A stretch of 20,000 nucleotides of DNA. It comes from an uncultured virus (IMG/VR IMGVR_UViG_3300031993_000026) (Duplodnaviria; Heunggongvirae; Uroviricota; Caudoviricetes). The stretch is from IMG/VR virus record IMGVR_UViG_3300031993_000026, positions 107,760-127,759 of that record; one strand, 5' to 3'. The first letter of the stretch is position 1. The number at the start of each line of letters is the position of its first letter. This document shows, one piece after another, positions 8,329 through 16,989 of this stretch. A program made the position numbers and the translations under genes. The notes under the pieces are model-generated. The model worked only from the letters and a program-made list of their open reading frames with translations. It was not told the origin of the DNA and made no database searches.

Positions 8329-9051
8329 ATGGAAAGTATAAGCGACATTTTGAGGAATGTTCCGTGCGGTGCGGACATCGGGCTTTATTCGCCTATGTTC
8401 GGCGAGTGCAAGTTCGTGCGCATAATGGAGGGCTGTGATGAAATAGTTGTGCTGCACGGGGAGAAGTTCGGGACGCAAGATGAATTTTTCTCCGACGGGA
8501 AGTATTACAGGACGGGCGAGTGCCTTTTGTTTCCAAGCAAGGGGCACAGGAGTTGGGAAAATTGGCAGGACATTCTTTTCCCGCAGACCGCTGCTGCGGT
8601 GGTCAAGGACAAGTTAGGCGGGCTTTATTCGATAGTTGCAAGGGACGGAGGCGTGTCGGTGCTTGACAGTGCTGGTCATACGGTCAGGAGCGACGCGATA
8701 TATGATATGACATATGCGACCGTCGATGAGGCGGAGGTGTTCTACCGCAAGGTTGCCCTCAACTGCGGGGTGGAGAAGGAAGACTTGCAAAGCATCAACT
8801 GCAAGCCGTTCACATATTCGGACTTCAAGCCGTTTGACAGGGTGGTGTGCAGGCGGAAATGCGATGCCAGCCGAACATACGACAGCGATGTGTGGCGCAT
8901 TGACTTCTTCGGCAAGTATTACGGAGGCTGGTCAGTGCCTTACCAGTGTATGACGGACAACTACGACCAGTGCGTGCCGTACAACGAGGAGACGGAGAAA
9001 CTCATAGGCACTCGCGATGACTATGCTGGTCGCTACAAGACTTGGAGATAG
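8329..9051 (+). CDS. Hypothetical two-module Bacteroidota-phage protein
   Basis: LYSPMFGEC...GECLLFPSK N-terminal module and FKPFDRVV...CVPYNEETEKLIGT C-terminal module; last gene before the terminator. Confidence 0.8.
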   Translation: MESISDILRNVPCGADIGLYSPMFGECKFVRIMEGCDEIVVLHGEKFGTQDEFFSDGKYYRTGECLLFPSKGHRSWENWQDILFPQTAAAVVKDKLGGLYSIVARDGGVSVLDSAGHTVRSDAIYDMTYATVDEAEVFYRKVALNCGVEKEDLQSINCKPFTYSDFKPFDRVVCRRKCDASRTYDSDVWRIDFFGKYYGGWSVPYQCMTDNYDQCVPYNEETEKLIGTRDDYAGRYKTWR

Positions 9052-9058
9052 CAAAAAG

Positions 9059-9087
9059 AAAAACTCGGAGCGATGTCCGAGTTTTTT
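9059..9087. terminator. Bidirectional intrinsic terminator
   Basis: AAAAACTCGGA-GCGATG-TCCGAGTTTTT perfect 11-bp inverted repeat with A/T tails on both sides, between convergent genes. Confidence 0.85.
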
Positions 9088-9108
9088 ATGTCCTGATGTG
9101 ATGCCGAA

Positions 9109-9567
9109 CTAATAGAGGAGGGGCTTGACGGACTTGAACTCGAATGTCCCCGCAGCCTTTTCGCACCTTTCCTTCAGTTCCTTTATGTCCGATTTCTCGT
9201 ATGCGTATATGAAAAGGTCTTTGCCCAGAATGACATTTCCGAACTTGTGCATATTGGCTTGTATCCTGTCATAGTCGTTAGGTTCTATGTCCTGTTTGTC
9301 CCAGTCATATATCGCAAGCCAGAACTCACGGCTTGCCGTTGTGTTGGTAAAGTCTTCCATTTCTCTTTTGAGCCTGAATGTGAACTTGTACCTCGGCATA
9401 TTCTCGAAGTCGTCCTCATCGTGCCACAGCCTTAAACTCACATCCTTTCCGTTCGGAAAGGATATTCCAGCGAGAGGGGTGTTCCTGATATATTCCCCTG
9501 CGGAATTTTTAAGTGTGTCATACCCTCTCATTTCGGTTATAAATTCATTATATCTCAATACGCCCAT
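9109..9567 (-). CDS. Late-expressed hypothetical protein with CTS-like N-terminus (candidate internal head protein)
   Basis: 152 aa starting MGVLRYNEFITEMR; TATAAATA 22 nt upstream. Confidence 0.8.
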   Translation of the reverse strand: MGVLRYNEFITEMRGYDTLKNSAGEYIRNTPLAGISFPNGKDVSLRLWHDEDDFENMPRYKFTFRLKREMEDFTNTTASREFWLAIYDWDKQDIEPNDYDRIQANMHKFGNVILGKDLFIYAYEKSDIKELKERCEKAAGTFEFKSVKPLLY

Positions 9568-9589
9568 AATGGTAAGTTATATTCTTACT

Positions 9590-9597
9590 TATTTATA
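9590..9597 (-). promoter_or_regulatory. T4-type late promoter TATAAATA
   Basis: Exact consensus on the - strand upstream of ATG 9567. Confidence 0.75.
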
Positions 9598-9598
9598 T

Positions 9599-9650
9599 TT
9601 TTTCTGAAATTCCTATTTATTAACTATATATTAGTTATGGAAAGAAACAA
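9599..9650 (+). promoter_or_regulatory. Repeated putative early promoter/leader element, copy 2
   Basis: 49/52 identical to 2457-2508. Confidence 0.7.
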
Positions 9651-9665
9651 CAAACATTAAAGGAT

Positions 9666-10163
9666 ATGAATAACGAAAATCAAACGACGGAATACTACAA
9701 GGGCGGTCAGTTCGTACTGAAGTTCCGCCAGTCGATAGGCGTGAACGATGTGGACTACGCCCAGCAACATTGGGCTGATGCGCTTCGGCTTCACGGGGAC
9801 GCTGGTTGCGCAATGCGCAACTATCCCGATGTCATTATGTCGGCGAGCGTGCCTGACGACTGCAACGAGGACGAGTCGCAGGTAATCTATGTGATGAAGC
9901 GTCCGCAGGGCTATCCGAAGAGCAAGGAAGTTTGCCTCGGTATGTTCGTGCCGATGCTTATTCCGATAGGGACTGGCAACAAGGAGTATTTGCTCGTGCC
10001 GTGCTTTCTTAACGCATTGACATCTTGTGAAACAGGCTACGACTGCGATGCGCCGTCTGCGATAAGGATGGATATTGGGAAACTCCACTATGCCGTGAAC
10101 GACAGCGAACTGTTCGAGGTTGTAAAGAAGTCATACAAGACATTGGGAATGTACTTTAAATAG
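9666..10163 (+). CDS. Hypothetical protein, distant tandem paralog of the next gene
   Basis: C-terminus VNDSELFEVVKKSYKTLGMYFK. Confidence 0.8.
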   Translation: MNNENQTTEYYKGGQFVLKFRQSIGVNDVDYAQQHWADALRLHGDAGCAMRNYPDVIMSASVPDDCNEDESQVIYVMKRPQGYPKSKEVCLGMFVPMLIPIGTGNKEYLLVPCFLNALTSCETGYDCDAPSAIRMDIGKLHYAVNDSELFEVVKKSYKTLGMYFK

Positions 10164-10170
10164 AACGGAT

Positions 10171-10659
10171 ATGATAGGAAAGGAAATAACATTCAAGTTC
10201 CCGTACAAGATGCGGGAGGATTTCAAGCAGTCGTACAAGCGTTGCTGGACTGAATCGGCATTGCCTGTGGAGTACGGCTACACGAGGTTGCAGACAAACG
10301 AGCCGCTTTATGTGAAGCCCGAATACAATGCCGACGGGGAGAAGGTATTGAAGGTTGTCGGACGCGACTGGTTGCCTCTCGGTGAGTTTGCGCTTGAATA
10401 CGAGGGTGATGTTCCTGAACTCCGCTTCTACTCGCAGTTGTATCTCGGTGCGGAGAACAAGGACTATTTCAAGGCGATGTGCATAGCCAATGCGCCAGTC
10501 GGTATGACACCGAATATGGTCTTGTTCCCGCGTGATGTCGATGCGAGCGAACTGGAGCAGGCGACGAGAACGGAGGGTGCTTGCTTCGTGGTTACGGAGA
10601 GAGACCTTCTTGCAGCGATAAAGTCGGCGTATGCCACGATAGGTATGTTGTTCAAATAA
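10171..10659 (+). CDS. Hypothetical protein, distant tandem paralog of the previous gene
   Basis: C-terminus VTERDLLAAIKSAYATIGMLFK. Confidence 0.8.
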   Translation: MIGKEITFKFPYKMREDFKQSYKRCWTESALPVEYGYTRLQTNEPLYVKPEYNADGEKVLKVVGRDWLPLGEFALEYEGDVPELRFYSQLYLGAENKDYFKAMCIANAPVGMTPNMVLFPRDVDASELEQATRTEGACFVVTERDLLAAIKSAYATIGMLFK

Positions 10660-10670
10660 AGGATACGGCT

Positions 10671-10934
10671 ATGCAGACATTTACAAGGAAGGACTACGAC
10701 AGCGTAATGGAGGTGGTCGGGCATATAAACACCCTCAATGCTTCGGGCAGAGGGGGCGAAGCCGTTGCCGTGCTTGACAATATGCTTGCCGAAAGGGGAT
10801 ACTCCCACAGGCACTATCGGGCGGTTACGCTTGCGGTCGCAAGGCTGGCGGAGAGCAAGGGTGTTGACTTCCGCACATATATTCCAGCGGATGACGAGAT
10901 TGACGGAATACTTGAAACACTGAACAGGAGATAA
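10671..10934 (+). CDS. Small hypothetical protein
   Basis: Start re-called at ATG 10671 (MQTFTRKDY). Confidence 0.7.
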   Translation: MQTFTRKDYDSVMEVVGHINTLNASGRGGEAVAVLDNMLAERGYSHRHYRAVTLAVARLAESKGVDFRTYIPADDEIDGILETLNRR

Positions 10935-10937
10935 ATT

Positions 10938-11135
10938 ATGGACAAGATTTATTACATCGAGAACACCGTTGACGAGTGGCACACCAAGATTTCAGGCTAC
11001 TTTGCCACATTCGACAAGGCGAAGGAGGCGTTGAAGGACTGCTGTGACTGGTACAGACCGCAAGGCACTGGAAGGATATACGAGGTCGAACTTGGTCTCG
11101 GCAAGCGGGAGAAACTCGTTTACAAGAACTATTAA
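10938..11135 (+). CDS. Small hypothetical protein
   Basis: 65 aa, tight operon spacing. Confidence 0.7.
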   Translation: MDKIYYIENTVDEWHTKISGYFATFDKAKEALKDCCDWYRPQGTGRIYEVELGLGKREKLVYKNY

Positions 11136-11149
11136 GGGGGAGTGCGGAT

Positions 11150-11392
11150 ATGGAATTTGAAGTTGACAAGTTGCCGTTTGACGGGTATGCGGAGGCATAT
11201 CTTGAACGCAGGAGCGATATGCTCGGCAAGAAGCACTACAACATTGTGTTCGGCAAGCCCTACACCGACATTGCGGACGCACCGACAGGATACGAGTTGC
11301 CTTGCGATACCTACAAGCATATCGGGAAAGTGAAGATAACCATAAGTGAAACATTGGACATTACGAAGAATGAGGAAGGTACTGCTGAATAG
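11150..11392 (+). CDS. Small hypothetical protein
   Basis: 80-aa ORF in the operon. Confidence 0.7.
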   Translation: MEFEVDKLPFDGYAEAYLERRSDMLGKKHYNIVFGKPYTDIADAPTGYELPCDTYKHIGKVKITISETLDITKNEEGTAE

Positions 11393-11657
11393 CGAGGACG
11401 AATACTTCAAGTATTGCACCGAACACAATGTCGGGAGGATTATGGACGGCAATGACGGCTCTCCGTTCACCGATGCGGTGGTTGCGTTCGGGGACACCTG
11501 CTGTTATGTGGTAGAGAGGAAGGACGCTCCGAACCTGTGCGTTGGGGTGAAGCCGAAGTCCTATCCGTGCATTATGGTATGGGAGTGGATTGTCGATGTG
11601 AACAGGGGCTTGGACTGCAAGCGTGCATTCATATATGAAGATGACTTTGGAATTTGA
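11370..11657 (+). CDS. Small hypothetical protein
   Basis: ATG 11370 (MRKVLL); alternative GTG at 11346. Confidence 0.65.
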   Translation: MRKVLLNSEDEYFKYCTEHNVGRIMDGNDGSPFTDAVVAFGDTCCYVVERKDAPNLCVGVKPKSYPCIMVWEWIVDVNRGLDCKRAFIYEDDFGI

Positions 11658-11671
11658 CGGGAGGTAGAATT

Positions 11672-11992
11672 ATGGAATTTGTACTCGGTACTGAAAACGG
11701 CATATTGCTCTGCTTTGATGCGGACGATATTTTTTCGGCTGGCGAGAAGGGATTTGTGTTTACAAGAAAGGGAAGCCCGTGCGAAGCGGATTTCTTCAAG
11801 GTGTGGTCTATGGAACGCTTCAAGAAGGATGTGCTCCCGAAGTTGAGCATATCGGATATTGCGGAACGCTTCGAGAAGGATGCAGTCCCGAAGTTGAGGC
11901 TTCCAGACGACGGGGGCGGCTTTTGCGCCGTGCTTGGTGATGGTGACAAGGACATATTGCTTGGAATTTTAAGACAGAATGATAATGAGTAA
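11672..11992 (+). CDS. Hypothetical protein with an internal 17-aa-period duplication
   Basis: ATG 11672; ERFKKDVLPKL / ERFEKDAVPKL. Confidence 0.7.
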   Translation: MEFVLGTENGILLCFDADDIFSAGEKGFVFTRKGSPCEADFFKVWSMERFKKDVLPKLSISDIAERFEKDAVPKLRLPDDGGGFCAVLGDGDKDILLGILRQNDNE

Positions 11993-12422
11993 GGAAAACA
12001 ACGGATATTCGGAGGGGGAGAAGTATCTCCGCGACTGCATAGTGCATAACAGGGATGCCGAGCATTGCGTCCGCGTCCCCGATGCCTTTGACGCTGTGCG
12101 TATGGAGCGCGAGAGCGTGATAAGGAAGGCTTGCGCTTGGCTTTTGGAAAACACCAATCTGGACGACAATGACGGGGAGGAGTTCATAAGGGCGGTCGGT
12201 GGTTCGGACGAGCCGATTATGAGGTGCTTCATATTCGACTTGGCGTATGACGACTTCGTTGAGCCAGTCGCCAAACTTGTGATATCCGAGAATGTGTCGG
12301 AGGCACGCAGGCTTCTTGACGAGTATATGGCGAAGGACGGCAACGCCCGTTGGCGCATAGTTTCAATGCCGAAGGAGATTGATATGTCGTCAGCCGAAAG
12401 CAAGGGCGTGCTTAATGTTTAA
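11985..12422 (+). CDS. Hypothetical protein (KACxWL module)
   Basis: ATG 11985 overlapping the previous stop; IRKACAWLLEN resembles motifs in 6482-7137. Confidence 0.75.
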   Translation: MSKENNGYSEGEKYLRDCIVHNRDAEHCVRVPDAFDAVRMERESVIRKACAWLLENTNLDDNDGEEFIRAVGGSDEPIMRCFIFDLAYDDFVEPVAKLVISENVSEARRLLDEYMAKDGNARWRIVSMPKEIDMSSAESKGVLNV

Positions 12423-12442
12423 CTTGTGAAAAAAACAACGAT

Positions 12443-13207
12443 ATGGAAGATTACGACATAGAGCCAATAGACAAGACGGTGGAATATCTCATAGGGGAGT
12501 TCCCAGAGGGTGAAGGTGTGAAGAAGAACGACATTGCCGAAGCGGTGAAGTCCGTGTTTAATGGTGGTGTCAAGTATTATCAGGAGATAAGGGATGTGCT
12601 CTACAATGCCTTGCACAAGGTGTTGCCGTATCCTACGGACGAGCAGTGGAACGAGAACTTGAGGCGTGGCAGGTCAACTGACGGTAAGAAGGACTATGTT
12701 GACCGATACTGGGAATATGCCGACAAAAAGTTCCGCGAGTGGTCGGAAAGGGTGGAACTCTATTTTCGTACCACTTTTGGAAAGAGGCGCACATACGATG
12801 AGGCGTGCAGTCTTGCCGCCGACAAGTGGTGCGGGTTGCTTTTTGGTAGCCCGTTTCAGGACAACGGGGACAGGAGCGGACACTCGGACGGTATGATGTT
12901 TCTCGGCACGCTCTTGAAGTCCGATGCGCAGAAGAACATAACCCCAGAGATTATGGAGAATGTGCATAACGGCATAGAGAAGTTCTACCTGCACGGCTGT
13001 ATGTGGGAGTCCGAAAGCGGAAGCAGGTTTCGCATAGACCTCTCCTGCGACTACTACCCGAATACGCCCTTTTATGAGATATTATTGAACGCGGGCGTAA
13101 AGGAAGATGACATACGGAGCATCTGCCCGTGGAAGACTGGCATTGAGATTGACCGCAAGGACAATGCGGTGATGGTAAGGCAATACAGGGAGAGGAACTA
13201 TTTTTAG
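12443..13207 (+). CDS. Hypothetical phage protein
   Basis: 254-aa ORF with A-rich leader. Confidence 0.8.
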   Translation: MEDYDIEPIDKTVEYLIGEFPEGEGVKKNDIAEAVKSVFNGGVKYYQEIRDVLYNALHKVLPYPTDEQWNENLRRGRSTDGKKDYVDRYWEYADKKFREWSERVELYFRTTFGKRRTYDEACSLAADKWCGLLFGSPFQDNGDRSGHSDGMMFLGTLLKSDAQKNITPEIMENVHNGIEKFYLHGCMWESESGSRFRIDLSCDYYPNTPFYEILLNAGVKEDDIRSICPWKTGIEIDRKDNAVMVRQYRERNYF

Positions 13208-13214
13208 GACTGCT

Positions 13215-13592
13215 ATGGAGGAGAAGGAAAGGCTGACGAGGGAGCAGGTGCGCCAGTTGTGCGAACTTGCATACTGGGAGAAGTGGCTTGAACTGACGGG
13301 GCATAAGGTAGGCGATGAGGTGAAGTGCGCGTTCAGGCACGATATGGGCGATATGCTCCATTCATACACGACGGTTACTATCGGCAAGGGTGTCATAGTC
13401 AGGCGGGACGAGGGCTTGTTCGTGGAGAGCGTGCAGAAGTACCGCAAGAGCCACGAGGTAAGGGTGAACCCGAAGAGCAAGGTCGATTACAGCGTACAGT
13501 GGAAGTACAGGTACGAGCACATACTTGCGCGGATTGACGAGATAGAGGACGAGTATGCGGAGGAAAGGAACGACAGGATAGTGGAGAAATAA
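13215..13592 (+). CDS. Hypothetical phage protein
   Basis: 125-aa ORF in the operon. Confidence 0.75.
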   Translation: MEEKERLTREQVRQLCELAYWEKWLELTGHKVGDEVKCAFRHDMGDMLHSYTTVTIGKGVIVRRDEGLFVESVQKYRKSHEVRVNPKSKVDYSVQWKYRYEHILARIDEIEDEYAEERNDRIVEK

Positions 13593-13616
13593 ACAATAAA
13601 CAAAAAAAAATAAAAG

Positions 13617-14516
13617 ATGTACATTCAGTATTCGGAACAGATAAGCAATGACGCGAAGACGGTCAAGGAGAAGTTGTCCGAAGCGGACTTGGCACTTGTG
13701 ATAAAGGACATAACCAAGCGTGTTGTGTTCGGGTGCGTGTGCCTTGTTTCGGAAAGGGAACTCGACGGTGTTGCGGGCGACAGCCTGTGGCGCAATTCGG
13801 CAAGGGAACTCATCTCGTACGACAACATAGGCGACTATCTGGGCTACTTTGCGAAGGGCAAAATCCGTATGCTTCCGTACCTCCGCCCTATGGAGAGTAT
13901 GACGGAGGACGAGAGGGCGGAAATCCGCGTACTCATTCAGGAGAACTACAAGGAGCCGTACGGGGAAGTGAAGATGTCGGGGGCGGACAATTTGTTGCTT
14001 TCGGTTTCGCTTTCGACGGAGGTCGTTTCCGACTACCTCGACTCACGGCAGTTCGACTGGCGCGGGCTTATACCGAAGGGGCTTGCGGTTAAAATGGACG
14101 ATGAGGTCTATGACAACTACAAGAGGCTATTCAAGGCATCGTACGCAGTCGGCTCGGAGTTCCTGAAGAACGGTGGTAAGGAAACGGAAGCCGACAGCAA
14201 ATACACGGACACCGTGCTTCTTTTCGGGGGAATCAATCCCGATGGCAAGCCCGACTACGAGTGGGGCTGTGTGCGAGGCTGGAGGGAGGCTGGCGCAATC
14301 TGCGTGACCATTCCCGCTTGCATTGCGGAATATGCGTTCGCGAACAGGGAACGGAAGGATTTTGCGAAATTCGTTGCCGACCTGAAGGAGCATATTGATT
14401 GTGCGTACAAGTCGTTCCCTTTGGACTTGCAGACAGTACACGACATAGATGCGAGCGTAAATGCGTATTGCAAGGTGTTCAAGGACACGGACAAGTATTT
14501 GATTGTTAAGAAATAA
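13617..14516 (+). CDS. Hypothetical protein: N-terminal LRPM/FDWRGL domain plus an extra C-terminal domain
   Basis: PYLRPMESMTEDE and YLDSRQFDWRGLIPKGLA are homologous to 7444-7884. Confidence 0.8.
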   Translation: MYIQYSEQISNDAKTVKEKLSEADLALVIKDITKRVVFGCVCLVSERELDGVAGDSLWRNSARELISYDNIGDYLGYFAKGKIRMLPYLRPMESMTEDERAEIRVLIQENYKEPYGEVKMSGADNLLLSVSLSTEVVSDYLDSRQFDWRGLIPKGLAVKMDDEVYDNYKRLFKASYAVGSEFLKNGGKETEADSKYTDTVLLFGGINPDGKPDYEWGCVRGWREAGAICVTIPACIAEYAFANRERKDFAKFVADLKEHIDCAYKSFPLDLQTVHDIDASVNAYCKVFKDTDKYLIVKK

Positions 14517-14531
14517 AAATTTATAAGATAT

Positions 14532-15941
14532 ATGAGCGATACATTTAGCAAATCAAGTGAGATGAGTGCGGAATATTGCTGCACTATTGTAAAGATAGGG
14601 GCGTTGAAGCCGATAGAGGGTTCGGATTTCCTCGCAACTACGGAGATAAACGGGCGCACGATAGTAGTGCGCAAAGACCAAGTGAACGAGGGCGATGTTA
14701 TGTTCTATGCGTCCAACGAGTCCCAGATTGACGCGGAGTTCCTCCGTGCCAACTCATTGTTCGAGGACAGGACTATGAACGCAGACCAAGAGCACAAGGG
14801 CTACTTCAACAAGTACGGGCGTGTCCGTATGGTCAAGTTGCGCGGAGTGCTTTCGATGGGGTACATATTCTCCCTTGAGGAACTCGAAAGGTACGACCAC
14901 ATCGACATTACCCAGAGTGAACTCGAACACTTTGTCGGGGTGGACTTCGACGAGGTGAACGGCAAGTTGTTCATCAAGGCTTTCGTACCGCCTATGGCGT
15001 GCAACGGACACGGGAGCAGGGGTGCTGGCGGAAAGCCGATTAAGAGGGTGAACAGGCTTATTGCTGGCGAGTTGAGGTTTCATTATGACACGAACCAGTT
15101 GGAGCGCAACCCAGAGAAGTTGCAACCGTTCGATAGTGTGGCTATTTCGGTAAAAATGCACGGAACTTCGGGAATCTTTGCTAACATACCAGTCAAAGTT
15201 CCGTTGTTCGGAGGGTGGTATGCACGCAAGTTCAACCGACTCCCGAAGTGGCTTCGCTTTATGAAGAAGGGCTATGACACGATATATTCTTCGAGGAAGA
15301 TTATCCAGAACCCGTTTGTTGACTATGACACCGAGTTCAAGGTCAAGTCGGAGTATGACGAGTGGTACTCGATACTCAACGGGTGCATACCCCGCAACAT
15401 TACAATCTACGGCGAGATAGTCGGCTACAAGCCGAGCGGGAAGGCTATACAGAAGAACTTCGACTACGGTTGCAGGCAGGGAGAATCTGCCCTTATGATA
15501 TACAGGGTGAAGTACCGCGACAAGCATACATCGCGCGAGTTCAGCGTGAACGAGGTCGTTGACTTTACCCTTGACCTCCGCGACAGGCTCGAAGCGACGA
15601 AGAGTGCGGAGGTCGCATCAAGGCTCATTGCCTTGCCAGTGCTTTTCCACGGCTCGCTCGCGGACTTCTATCCCGACATACCGAAGGACGGGAACTGGGG
15701 GGCGAATGTCCTCGAAAGGCTCAAGACGGAAAAGAAGTTCGGTATGGAGCAGAACGAGCCTCTGTGCAGGAACAAAGTTCCGCGCGAGGGCATAGTCGTC
15801 CGCATAGACGGGGACTGCATTGCCGAAGCCTTCAAGTTGAAATGCCTGAAGTTCTTGGGCAAGGAGGCGGAGATGATTGACAAGGGTGAGATAGATGATG
15901 ACGAGATGCTCTCCCGCTACGGCGATGGCGGTGAAATCTGA
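14532..15941 (+). CDS. ATP-dependent RNA ligase, DRB0094/Rnl5-like
   Basis: N-terminal OB-like domain (KIGALKPIEGSDFL...VKLRGVLSMG) and nucleotidyltransferase motifs KMHGTS (I), YGEIVG (III), REGIVV (IV) and AFKLK (V). Confidence 0.85.
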   Translation: MSDTFSKSSEMSAEYCCTIVKIGALKPIEGSDFLATTEINGRTIVVRKDQVNEGDVMFYASNESQIDAEFLRANSLFEDRTMNADQEHKGYFNKYGRVRMVKLRGVLSMGYIFSLEELERYDHIDITQSELEHFVGVDFDEVNGKLFIKAFVPPMACNGHGSRGAGGKPIKRVNRLIAGELRFHYDTNQLERNPEKLQPFDSVAISVKMHGTSGIFANIPVKVPLFGGWYARKFNRLPKWLRFMKKGYDTIYSSRKIIQNPFVDYDTEFKVKSEYDEWYSILNGCIPRNITIYGEIVGYKPSGKAIQKNFDYGCRQGESALMIYRVKYRDKHTSREFSVNEVVDFTLDLRDRLEATKSAEVASRLIALPVLFHGSLADFYPDIPKDGNWGANVLERLKTEKKFGMEQNEPLCRNKVPREGIVVRIDGDCIAEAFKLKCLKFLGKEAEMIDKGEIDDDEMLSRYGDGGEI

Positions 15942-15971
15942 CATATCTTTTATTGCTTGTTGTTATTTTTC

Positions 15972-16003
15972 GGCGGGGCTGCCTTCTGGTTGCCCCGCCT
16001 TTC
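15972..16003 (+). terminator. Putative terminator hairpin ending the early block
   Basis: GGCGGGGC-12 nt-GCCCCGCC perfect 8-bp stem followed by a short TTT tail, just before a late promoter. Confidence 0.55.
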
Positions 16004-16009
16004 GCTATA

Positions 16010-16017
16010 TATAAATA
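16010..16017 (+). promoter_or_regulatory. T4-type late promoter TATAAATA
   Basis: Exact consensus 29 nt upstream of the amidase ATG. Confidence 0.75.
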
Positions 16018-16046
16018 ATTTATAATAGCATATTTCTAACGGCATT

Positions 16047-16757
16047 ATGAAGGTACTTGTTCTACTTGACAACGGACACGGGATAGACACTGCGGGGAAG
16101 AGAAGCCCGAAGTTGCCAGACGGCAGGCAGTTGCTCGAATACAAGTGGTGTCGGGAAACCGTAGCCCTTATAGCGAAACGGCTCGAAGCACTCGGCATAG
16201 AGTATAGGCTCGTAGCACCAGAGGAAAAGGACACCCCCCTCTCGACAAGGGTTTCGAGGGCGAACAAGTATTATGCCGATGCGAAGAAGGATGGCAAACT
16301 CGTTATGTTCATTTCAGTCCACGTGAACGCGAAGGGAATGGGGAACTGGGAGAATGCGCGGGGCTGGTCAACTTGGACTTCAAAGGGGGTTACGAAGGGC
16401 GATGCCCTTGCCCAGTGCCTCTGCGACGAGGCGAAGGAAATACTCCCGAAGCACAACCTCCGCTTCCGTAGCGACCGCTCGGACGGTGACGATGACTACG
16501 AGGCTAACTACTATGTCCTCGTCAATACGAATATGCCAGCCACATTGAGCGAGAACTTCTTTATGGACAACAGGGAGGACTGCGAGTTCCTGCTCGACAG
16601 GAAGAGCAACGAACTCTGCGCCGACATACACACGGGGGGCATAGTCAGGTACATAAGGAAGTGCGGTTACTGGCAGGAGGGGGCGACAGAGGCGAGCGGG
16701 AGCACCCTTGTTATGAACACCCTCGAAGGCATATTCCACAAGTGCAGGCTCGTGTAG
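16047..16757 (+). CDS. N-acetylmuramoyl-L-alanine amidase (Amidase_3), probable endolysin
   Basis: LDNGHG, LLEYKW, LSTRVSRAN, FISVHVNA and PATLSENFFMDN zinc-amidase motifs; under a late promoter. Confidence 0.92.
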   Translation: MKVLVLLDNGHGIDTAGKRSPKLPDGRQLLEYKWCRETVALIAKRLEALGIEYRLVAPEEKDTPLSTRVSRANKYYADAKKDGKLVMFISVHVNAKGMGNWENARGWSTWTSKGVTKGDALAQCLCDEAKEILPKHNLRFRSDRSDGDDDYEANYYVLVNTNMPATLSENFFMDNREDCEFLLDRKSNELCADIHTGGIVRYIRKCGYWQEGATEASGSTLVMNTLEGIFHKCRLV

Positions 16758-16856
16758 GGGTTGGCAACAGTTCAACGAAATTCTAATAAAACCTATGAAT
16801 AACTGCTAAAAACTTGACAACGCATATTGCCGTATGGACAACGCAAAACATAAAAA

Positions 16857-16864
16857 TATAAATA
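16857..16864 (+). promoter_or_regulatory. T4-type late promoter TATAAATA upstream of the tnpB leader
   Basis: Exact consensus 125 nt upstream of the likely tnpB ATG; the context is AT-rich, so chance is not excluded. Confidence 0.55.
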
Positions 16865-16954
16865 ATATGTGGACGCAAGTGCAGATGTGTCCGAAAGCAA
16901 TTATAAAGACATTTGGAGGATTCCATCCGCAAAGGCTCTCTGCACTTTATGCCG

Positions 16955-16979
16955 AGCGGACAGTCCTCCGCTTTTTATT
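16955..16979 (+). terminator. Terminator-like hairpin in the tnpB 5' leader
   Basis: AGCGGA-CAGTCC-TCCGCT followed by TTTTATT, ending 10 nt before ATG 16990. Confidence 0.55.
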
Positions 16980-16989
16980 GGTTGAAGAA

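Noticed and set aside
11812..11898. Two 36-nt direct repeats as a mini CRISPR array
   Set aside because: The spacer is only 15 nt, the period is an in-frame 51 nt within a CDS, and there are only two copies.
13602..13610. A9 tract as a phase-variation site
   Set aside because: It lies in an A-rich translation-initiation leader typical of Bacteroidota genes, and there is no evidence of length variation.
16814..16842. TTGACA as a sigma70 -35 box
   Set aside because: There is no TATAAT-like -10 at 16-18 nt spacing, and the likely host uses a different consensus.
16834..16989. 52-aa N-terminal extension of TnpB in the ORF track
   Set aside because: TnpB homology begins at MLRALKIRLYP (16990), and the extension spans a promoter box and a structured, terminator-containing region.
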